This document shows positions 54,918 through 64,000 of a stretch of 64,000 nt of DNA, in pieces (the first letter of the stretch is position 1; each line of letters starts with the position of its first letter). The stretch lies in the NCBI GenBank assembly GCA_951406725.2, contig OX597829.1, positions 30,132,001-30,196,000 of the forward strand, read 5' to 3'. The translations under genes and the position numbers were made by a program. Source of the stretch: Octopus vulgaris. Taxonomy: Eukaryota. The notes under the pieces are model-generated. The model was not told the DNA's origin and did not search any database. It saw nothing but the letters and a program-made list of their open reading frames with translations.

Positions 54918-55852
54918 GAAAATATATGTAAGTATGTATGAATGTATGTATGTCTGCATGTATGTATTGCATATGTATGTGTGTATGCATGCTCATTTGT
55001 ATGTATACATCAATACAAGCATTTATGCATACATATGTAGGTATGTATGTGAAAGAGATAGTGATAGAGATAGCTGGAGAGAGAGAGAGAGAGAGGAAGA
55101 GAGAGAGCGAAAGGAAGAAAGAGAAGTGAGTGAGAGAGAGTGTTAGTATCTTTTATATTTCGCTTGTTTTGGTCATTAGACTGCGTCTATGCTGGAGCAT
55201 CATCCTAAAGGGTCCTAGGACTTGTTTTAAGCATAAGTACTAGGCTTAAATCTATCAGTTTATTTTTGCAGAACCCACTAGGTTATGGGGACATAAACAC
55301 ACCAACACTGGTTGTCAAGCTGTGTCGAGGAACAAACACAGACATGAAGACAAACACACAGATACACAGACACACTCACAGACACACACACACACACATG
55401 CACAGACACACACATACATATATATATGAGGGCTTTCAGTATCTATCAAATCCACTCACAAGGCTTTGGTTGGCCTGAGGCTGTAGTAAGACACTTGTTC
55501 AAGGTGCCACACAGTGTAACTAAACCTGGAACCATCTTTTCCAAAGATTATCCAAAAGTAACAAAAAGCGTGAGAAATATCAGGGATGGTTCTTCTTGAG
55601 TCCAATATAAAACAAAAATCAAAAAAAAAATCAAAGTATTGAAAGCACGAACTAAATAAAACTAAATAAATAAATGAAAATGACAATAAATCAATCAATC
55701 TTCCACCCACCAATGGTCCCACCACCCTCAACTCTTCCAACAGAGCTGGTGTATGACCTGGAACCCATTAGAACAGAGAGAAATACAGAGATAACATTAA
55801 TATGACATGGCAAAGTAAACAATAGTATCGGTAAAAGATCAAAATAAATGAA

Positions 55853-55885
<33 letters not shown>

Positions 55886-56046
55886 TGCATGCACAAATGT
55901 ACATATATGTGTGTATATTTACATATATCTAGCCATACATACACACACACACATACATTGTGAGATATATATATATATGTTGATTCGCTAGCTTTTGCAC
56001 GCATATTTTTTTCTCTCCTTCTTTCTGTGTTTTTTTTCTCTGTGTA

Positions 56047-56084
56047 TCTTTCTGTTGAAGAGCGTAGGCTCGAAACGTTAAAGA
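56047..56084 (+). ncRNA. Minimal hammerhead-like motif with A6U core variant
   Basis: TCTTT CTGTTGA A GAGC GTAG GCTC GAAAC GTT AAAGA; related decayed copies at 8588-8625(-), 43601-43633(-) and ~30122-30158(-). Confidence 0.55.
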
Positions 56085-56211
56085 CTTGTTTCATTTATAT
56101 TTCCTGAGCGCCATACTAATACAATTGTTTGTCTGTATTCCACCTGCCTTCGTCTTTTGTTTATTTCCGTAAACCTGCCTTGTCTTTTGTCTATTTTCAT
56201 AAAGCTTACCG

Positions 56212-56249
<38 letters not shown>

Positions 56250-56439
56250 CAAAATAAGAAAATGGAGGAATAGATTTCTTTCAATCATCAACTACCAGAT
56301 AATACCAATTCATGATGATGATGATGATAATTTATTAACTAATTATTTAGATTAAATAGGAACATCCAAATCCAACAGAATAAAACAATATACATCAATA
56401 AGTAACATAATACCATAAGAATAATACATATAAAATAGC

Positions 56440-56563
56440 TCTTACAGCTGTTTCAGCCTGTAGATAAGAGTATTTCATTCTGCCCATATTAGTCAGATGT
56501 ATTGAGGTAATATGCAGTTAAAAATGAGTTACTTATATATATATCTCAAGGCCTCATCAGAGA
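56440..56563 (-). ncRNA. Minimal type-I hammerhead ribozyme motif, intact core, long stem II (PLE-type tail)
   Basis: TCT-CTGATGA-GGCCT...(~95 nt)...AGGCT-GAAAC-AGCT-GTA-AGA: stem I TCT/AGA, palindromic stem III, GUA cleavage triplet. Confidence 0.75.
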
Positions 56564-56879
56564 TTATAAATTACAATTATAAAAATATAAAATGAAGATA
56601 TAAAATGCAAATATGAATATTAAAGAAGGTACACATATACAAGAATATGCATATATACATATATACATATACATATAAGTGTGTATACACCTACATATTA
56701 GCCTTTCTGGGTACTTTACTGGCAGTATATTGGATAAATGATATCCCATAGTGGGTTACACTCATAACCCCTATCTCACTTTGTACTTTTATATATATAT
56801 TATATATTCTTTTATATGTTTCATCCCTGAGGCTGTGGCCATGCTGGGGCACTGCCAGTGTAATCACCTTTTAATTAGC

Positions 56880-57995
56880 CAATGCTATGGGATTGGCTTT
56901 AGGTGAAGGAGGGAGTTCAATACCGCTACCCTCTTTTGAGTTTCCTGCCTTGATATTGGTTCATCTGGAATCTTGGATAGCAAAAAGTCAAGTTGTTTCT
57001 TGAAAACAACTACCACCACTCCATGGTGATCCCTCAGATGTTTTGGCAAAGAGTTAAATAACTGTGGGCCCTTGAATCCCAAGCTATTGCAGTACATGGA
57101 CCTCACTTTACACATGACAGCTGGGACTTTTGGAACAATGTAGTGATGTCCAATTCGAGGTCTGGTATAATTCTCAATTCCAAAGTTTGGTACCAGCCCC
57201 TCCAGTATCTTCCACACATATGTTACTGCATACTTCTCCTGCCTTCACTCCAGGGAATAGAGTTGTAACTCTTTCAGTCTCTCCAAGTAGCTCAGCTGTT
57301 TCACTGATGCAGTCTTCCACATGTAGTATTGCTAAACCACCTCAAATTCTGCTATTAAACCAACACTGCAGGGTGACCACAGTTGAGAGCAGGGGATCCA
57401 GATGGCTGAGAACAAATGTCCGCCATAGAACCAGCATACTTTCCTGGTCTTTTGTTGTGAAGGTTCTCAGAATCCATCGAGCCTTTCATCTGCACACTGT
57501 CACCAACTTGGTAACATGCATGTGAAATGAGGCATCATTGCTCATATCAATCCCAAGATAACACACTATATGTGATTCTAGGATTGCCACTCTTTTTGGT
57601 CCAAAGTATCATTGTTGTGACTTCTGAGCATCAATTAGCTGGTAGCGGAGGGCTTGGAATTTGTCTGCATTTAACTGCATGTTGTTGTTCACAGCCCATT
57701 TATATATGGCATCTAGGTCTTTCTGTAGAAGATTAGTATTATAAGGAACATTGACTGCTTGTACTACTTTTGTGTTGTCAGCATAGCTGGTAAGTGTGGC
57801 TGTCAGTGTAAGTGATGGCTTGTCTGAAAGAGCCAGCATGAACAGCAGTGGCCCCAATACTGATCCCTGAGGCAATCCACTTTCTATTAATGTCTCTGTG
57901 GAGAGGGCTCTACTGGTTGCTACAGCCTGGTTTCTGACTTTTAAGAAGTCATACAACCACTCTTTGATTTTCTCAGGCATGCTGAATCTCAGTAT
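56880..57995 (-). mobile_element. CR1/Jockey-group LINE 3' fragment
   Basis: SGLPQGSVLGPLLF, SYADNTK, WKILEGLVPNFGI...GPQLFNSLPKHLR. Confidence 0.85.
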
Positions 57996-58000
57996 TTTGT

Positions 58001-58128
<128 letters not shown>

Positions 58129-58294
58129 GTACACACACACACACATTGAGGGAACCTGTGGAAGAGGTAGACCCAGGAAAACCTGGGACGAGGTGGTGAA
58201 GCACGACCTTCGAACTTTAGGTCTCACCAAGGAAATGACTAGAGACCGAGACCTATGGAAGTATGCTGTGCATGAGAAGACCCGGCAAGACTAG

Positions 58295-58828
58295 TGAGAC
58301 CATAACCCGTGGCCTCTACCTGGTATGTAGCCAGTCGACTTTATACATACCTTTCCTTCTTGGGACACAAAACTCCACTTGTGAAGACCCATTGAGGCAA
58401 GTGAAAATCAAAATCAAAATCAAACCAAATGAAATCAGATATCAGAAAGCAGAACCAAAATCGAAGTCGATCAACATCAATGGAAATTGCAGCTGTGATA
58501 CCAGTGCTGGTGACAAGTAAGCGAACCATCCGATCATGGCCGTTGCCAGCGCCGCTCCGATTGGCTTCCGTGCCAGTGGCACGTAAAAAGCACCATCCGT
58601 TCGTGGCCGTTGCCAGCCTCGCCTGTCCCCCGTGCCAGTGGCACGTAAAAAGCACCCACTACACTCACGGAGTGGTTGGCGTTAGGAAGGGCATCCAGCC
58701 ATAGAAACACTGCCAGATCAGACTGGGCCTGATGCAGCCTTCTGGCTTCACAGACCCCAGTTGAACAGTGCAACCCATGCTAGCATGGAAAGCGGACGCT
58801 AAATGATGATGATGATGATGATGATGAT
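58295..58828 (+). mobile_element. Interspersed repeat with (GAT)n tail, the 3' UTR of the RTE family or a derived SINE (representative copy)
   Basis: GTGGTTGGCGTTAGGAAGGGCATCCAGC...CCCATGCTAGCATGGAAAGCGGACG(ATG)n, directly after RTE coding sequence; copies ~990-1410, 3295-3835, 26005-26145, 30450-30950, 40470-40790, 63055-63490. Confidence 0.8.
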
Positions 58829-59029
58829 ATATATATACACAAGGTACAGGAATCTTATATATACACCATTCTGCTTAAATAATGCAACTGCAAGGTGTTC
58901 TGGATTTTACATACTGGTTCTACCAATAGCTTGGGCACTAGTGATTGCTGCAGCCAATAAATATAATATTATATATGATATATATATTATAATATAATAT
59001 AATTTTATTATTAATTTATTACCTTGGCA

Positions 59030-59708
59030 TACTCCTTCATTAAGTTGACATTCTGGTCATTGAAGCTGTTAACCTTCAACTAGGTCATGACTCTGTGGAG
59101 AACAGACCTCTTAGTCTCAAGGATGGTGTTGAGGACCACCACATAGTTATAGGTGGAGTTCCACCCTATTGTGTTGGGGACAGCCAACCACCTCACTGCC
59201 TCAGCGTAGATGCTGTTTGCTACCATAGTGCTGCAGTCTTGCTGATTCCAGAAGACAAATGCCTTGGTTATGGCAGCCTTGTAGGTCCTCTTGAATGATG
59301 CACTCCTTTTACCCTCTTCTGGCTCTAAAAGCCTTTAAAACCCTAAAAAAAAAAGGGTCAAACCTATGAAATCAACCTTTTTTTAAGTCTTTTAAAAATA
59401 AAAACTATAAAATCAGCATTTTTTAAACTCTAAGACAAAAAAAAAGCTATAGTTTTTGAGTTCTAAAGCCCTTAAAATGGCCCAAAAAACTGATTTTTAA
59501 TTTTTTTTTTCCTATAATAAAATTTTATGTTAATGGTTTTACAATAACTTCTGATGCATTTTTAAAGAATGAACCAATTAACAGAAGTTAAATGTAACAG
59601 AAGTTAGCTCGATAATGATTTCCAAAGTTAATTTAAAAGTTAAATCGTTAACGAAAATGTTAACTTCGTTAATTAATGAGTAATGGATTGACGGTTTGAT
59701 GCTCAGGT
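59030..59708 (-). mobile_element. hAT transposase remnant plus one terminus
   Basis: KAFVFWNQQDCSTMVANSI...LAVPNTIGWNSTYNYV matches the hAT P..TRWNS motif; in-frame stop; gttaac-rich sub-terminal repeats at ~59580-59700. Confidence 0.7.
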
Positions 59709-59726
59709 TTTACATATATATGTATG

Positions 59727-59777
<51 letters not shown>

Positions 59778-59792
59778 CTATATATATATAGG

Positions 59793-59841
59793 AAAATATG
59801 GAACGCTTCACGAATTTGCGTGTCATCCTTTCGCAGGGGCC

Positions 59842-59881
<40 letters not shown>

Positions 59882-59898
59882 ACTGCCGAAGCAAGTAA
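59793..59898 (-). ncRNA. U6: U6 snRNA copy (gene or retrocopy)
   Basis: Reverse complement reads TTACTTGCTTCGGCAGTACATATACTAAAATTGGAACGATACAGAGAAGATTAGCATGGCCCCTGCGAAAGGATGACACGCAAATTCGTGAAGCGTTCCATATTTT: full-length U6 with ACAGAGA box, AGC triad and T4 end; position 1 is T rather than G; flanked by (TA)n. Confidence 0.95.
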
Positions 59899-59899
59899 T

Positions 59900-59937
<38 letters not shown>

Positions 59938-59961
59938 AATATATATATGTAAATATATATG

Positions 59962-60004
<43 letters not shown>

Positions 60005-61103
60005 GTATATATATATACACACACATTGTGTGTGCCTTGGTTTAAGAACAGCTACATTGTATCTCTGTGTGTTAAAAGGGTTTTCTGAAAGGGTTGACTG
60101 GAAATGAATTGAGCTGTAAAACATCATCTCTAAAAACACCTGACCCAAACCATCATCAGCATGAATATGAGGATATAGATTGATGCCAGCATGGAAGGTA
60201 GATGTTAAACGATGACGAAGATGATTACAGTGAAAATGATGTTGATGACAGTGATAGTGATAATGGCGGTGATGACGATGACAATTATGATGACAATAAT
60301 GACACCGACACCACTGCTGATGATGATGATGAGCATATCTACAGGATGAGATTATTCAACGTGACCTTCCCTTTTTTCCCTTTTGATAAATTAAGTTGCA
60401 GCATTAATGCTCTGGAATTCTTTTTCGATCCATGTCTTTATTTTTTTCCTTCCTAGAGTTATCAACCTGCAGATGTTGATGGTTCAAGATGAGCATTGAT
60501 GGCATTAATCTTACTGTTCTCAGCGGATTTACAAAGATTACGGTCAGAGCTCCTTTTTCCTAATAAACCCATTAACTGTCTTCCTACCTAAGAGATCCAT
60601 TGCCAATGAATGGAGACATGTTTAGAAACAGTTTATGATTTAGAACTTGTAATTCTTTCAATAATTTTTCCAAAGCTTCTCTTTATTAAGCCTTGTATAT
60701 TTCATCATGTTTTGTTTTTTTTGCAACACTTATGCACTTTGGTTTTAGATATTTAGCCCTAAGTAACTATAGTCCAACAAACCTATGATCAAAACCTGTG
60801 AAAAGTTGCCTGTTGGCAACATTTTTGTGAAGGCATGTGACTTACTGATAAAAGTATTCGACTCATGATCATGAGGTCATGGTTTCAATTCCTGGTGGTG
60901 CATCATGTCCTTAAGCAAGGCATTTTATTTCACATTGCTCCAGTCCACTCAGCTGGTAAAAATGAGTAGTACCTGTAATTCAAAGGGCCATTCTTGTCAC
61001 ATTCTGTGTCACACTGAATCTCTTTGAGAACTACAATAAGCATATGTGTGTCTTGGGAGTGCTCAGCCACTAGCATGTTAAAATTAACATGCTAGTGGCT
61101 GAG

Positions 61104-61513
61104 CAAATCCACTCACAAGACTCTGGTTGGCCTGAAGCTGTAATAGAAGACACTTGCCCAAGATACCATACAGTGGGACTGAACCCAGAATTGTGTGATT
61201 GTGAAGCAAACTTCTTACCACACTGCTACTCCTGAAAATTTAACATAAGAAGCAATTATTCACATAAACATCTAAAAAGAGAGACATGCTGGATGAAGGA
61301 CTATAAAAATATGTGTAGAACAATATAACAGAAAATATGTCTGTCTGCACAAAAGCAACTCTATCCAGAGCATGTAGTGTCCTCCAGTTCAAGAAAAGAA
61401 ACTTGTCCATAGGAATCTCTTTATATTAAATACAGAGATCCAAGTTCCCATTCACAGTGTTGCTTCTATTTTATTGATTCCTTTGATCCTAACCTGCTCA
61501 AAACTGCCCCTGG
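61104..61513. repeat. ~410-bp inverted copy of 63536-63947
   Basis: Reverse-complement match with few substitutions, including non-repeat sequence. Confidence 0.95.
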
Positions 61514-61639
61514 GAGTGCTCAGACTGTTCAGTTGATCAGATCATCTGGAACTGCCACTTGGGAGTGCTCAGACTGTTCAGTTGATCAGATCAGCTGGAA
61601 CCTTCATTGTCATAACAGACAGAGTGCCAGTGCAAGTGT

Positions 61640-62630
61640 AATTAGGACTATATTATCTAATAAGATCTTCTTCATTGTTGGAATTGTTAGGTACCAAGTT
61701 AGACTTGATCCATTATGTCTGTGATCAAAGATGTTCCAGCTGTGACCATCACACCTTTTATTCAGCTGTAGTATATCTAATAGAGAAGGTGCATGGCTCA
61801 GTGGCTTGAGTGTTGGGCTTACAATCATGAAATAGTGAGTATGATTCCCAAACCAGGCTGTGTGTTGTGTTCTTGAGCAAGACACTTTAATTCATGTTGA
61901 TCCAGTTCATTCAACTGTAGAAATGAGTTGTGATGTCTCTAGTGCCAAGCTGTATTGGCCTTTGCTTTTCCCTTGGATAACATCAGTGGCATGGAGAGGG
62001 GATACTGGTATGCATGAGTGATTGCTGGTCTTCGATAAACAATCTTGCCCAGACTTGTACCTTGAAGGAGAACTTTCTAGGTGCAATCCCCTGGTCATTC
62101 ATGACTGAAGAGGGTCTTTTAGTATATCTAGGACTATAACTGTATAATAAATACTTCCTTATTGTTGTTTAGCACCAAGTCAGACTTTATCCAGCAGACT
62201 TATGATTAGACATTCCAGCAGTGATAATCCTATCTTTTATTCAGCTGTAGTGTAACTAGTGTCATCTTATCTATTGAGTCTTTTTGTTGTTGTTGTGGTG
62301 GCTTTTGATATTGTTTAGTCCAGGTCAAACTTGATCCAACAGACCAATAATTAAAAAATGTTCCAACCATGACCATCACATTTTTTATTCAGATGTCATT
62401 TATCCAGAACTGTATTATCTTTCCTTGTTGCTGTTGTTGTATTATTTGGCCCCATACAGACCTGTTCCAGGAGACTAAGGATCAAAGGTGTTCTAGCTGT
62501 AACTATTTCATCTTTTAATTTAGACATAGTGTATCTACAACTAATATATTCCCTTGTTACTGTTGCTATCATTAAACCCTATGCAATTCCAATCCTGTAG
62601 ACCAAGGACCAATGATGTTCTAGGTATGAC
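61640..62630. repeat. Degenerate tandem array of a ~130-bp unit (~5 copies), split by a SINE
   Basis: Recurring tttagcc.caggtcagacttgatcca.cagacc.atgatcaaa..gttccagc.gtgaccatc..atctttt at ~61685, 62165, 62312, 62445, 62572; partial at ~60752. Confidence 0.7.
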
Positions 62631-63151
62631 AAGGTTTTCTTGCTGCTATGAAATGTGAATTCTGTTTTTGGTGGATTCTTTCTTTGGAAGAATACAAAGT
62701 GTGTAGTTTAGACAATTTACTTTAGATCAATGGTTTAACCTTTTCATACTTTTGTAGTTTAATAATTCCCTTCATGAAGGGGTATTTGTGAAATACATCA
62801 TTGCTACAATAATGAGAAAAACCAATCCCCTCTCTCCATTTCAGTTCTTTTGTTTCCAAATTTCTATTGAAATGCTCTGCATTTGTTTAATTTAATTTTG
62901 AAAATAATGAAGAATTTAGTAAAATAACTTTGTCATTATTAAGCTGGAATTCGGAACATAAATTAACATGAAACTTTGATGGAAAGTTTTAAATCAGATC
63001 ACTTTAACCTTTTTGATACTATATCAGTTTTGAAACACTGCCTTACTTTCAATTTAGGCCCAGATCAGACTGGGCCTGGTGCAGCCTTCTGGCTTCCCAG
63101 ACCCCAGTTGAATTGTCCAACCCATGCTAGCATGGAAAGCGGACGTTAAAC

Positions 63152-63187
<36 letters not shown>

Positions 63188-64000
63188 AAATATAGTAAAA
63201 TAACTTTGTAATTGTTAAGCTGTCATCTGGAACACAAATTAACATAAGATTTTGATGGATGGTTTTAATTTAGATTATCAACATCAGTTAACATCTGCTT
63301 TCCATTCTAGCATGGGTTGGATGGTTTGGCAGGAGCTGGCTAGGCATACTTTTTTATTTTTATGACAGGATGCCCTTCCTAATGCCAACCACTCTGCAGA
63401 GTGGACTGAGTGCTTATTAAGTGGCACCAGCACAAGCGAGGTCAGCTTTGGCATGGTTTTTACTGCTGGATGCCCTTCCAAATACCAACTACTTTACTTA
63501 GATAACTTTAAAAGCAAAAAGTTTGTATCATAGAACCAGGGGCAGTTTTGAGCAGGTTAGGATCAAAGGAATCAATAAAATAGAAGCAACACTGTGAATG
63601 GGAACTTGGACCTCTGTGTATTTAATATAAAGAGATTCCTATGGACAAGTTTCTTTTCTTGAACTGGAGGACACTACATGCTCTGGATAGAGTTGCTTTT
63701 GTGCAGACGGACATATTTTCTGTTATATTGTTCTACACATATTTTTATAGTCCTTCATCCAGCATGTCTCTCTTTTTAGATGTTTATGTGAATAATTGCT
63801 TCTTATGTTAAATTTTCAGGAGTAGTAGTGTGGTAGGAAGTTTGCTTCACAATCACATGATTCTGGGTTCAGTCCCACTGCATGGTATCTTGGGCAAGTG
63901 TCTTCTATTACAGTTTCGGGCCAACCAGAGTCTTGTGAGTGGATTTGGTGGACAGAAACTGAAAGAAGCCTATCGTGTGTGTGTGTGTGTGTGTGTGTGT

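Noticed and set aside
60457-60570. Good plus-strand acceptor (ttccttcctag), short frame and AATAAA: possible terminal exon
   Set aside because: All frames stop within ~14 codons and no upstream exons could be identified.

Overview
AT-rich, microsatellite- and transposon-dense eukaryotic DNA; the SINE/LINE repertoire looks like an octopod cephalopod (inference). The only host gene I can support is a minus-strand amnionless (AMN) orthologue. Six coding exons (33786-33828, 25821-25981, 23190-23283, 16081-16304, 7750-7908, 5294-5390) have GT-AG boundaries and matching phases and join into 259 uninterrupted codons; the 3' exons presumably lie left of the window. There is a near-intact U6 snRNA copy inside a (TA)n tract (59793-59898, minus). 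The rest is decayed repeats: tRNA-type SINEs; R4/Dong, RTE and CR1/Jockey-group LINEs; Penelope-like elements (PLEs); Tc1/mariner, hAT, piggyBac-type and Helitron-like DNA elements; an LTR-like element; minisatellites. The most unusual signal is a recurring set of about ten minimal hammerhead-ribozyme motifs in PLE-type tails. Some have very long stem II, and one family has a non-canonical CUGUUGA core. They often sit in or beside fold-back inverted duplications, including a ~970-bp palindrome next to AMN exon 2. Also notable are a near-identical inverted LINE pair bracketing the AMN start exon and a multi-step templated insertion at 61.1-61.6 kb. Almost all listed ORFs are microsatellite or repeat artefacts. 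Repeat boundaries and identities are by eye and approximate.
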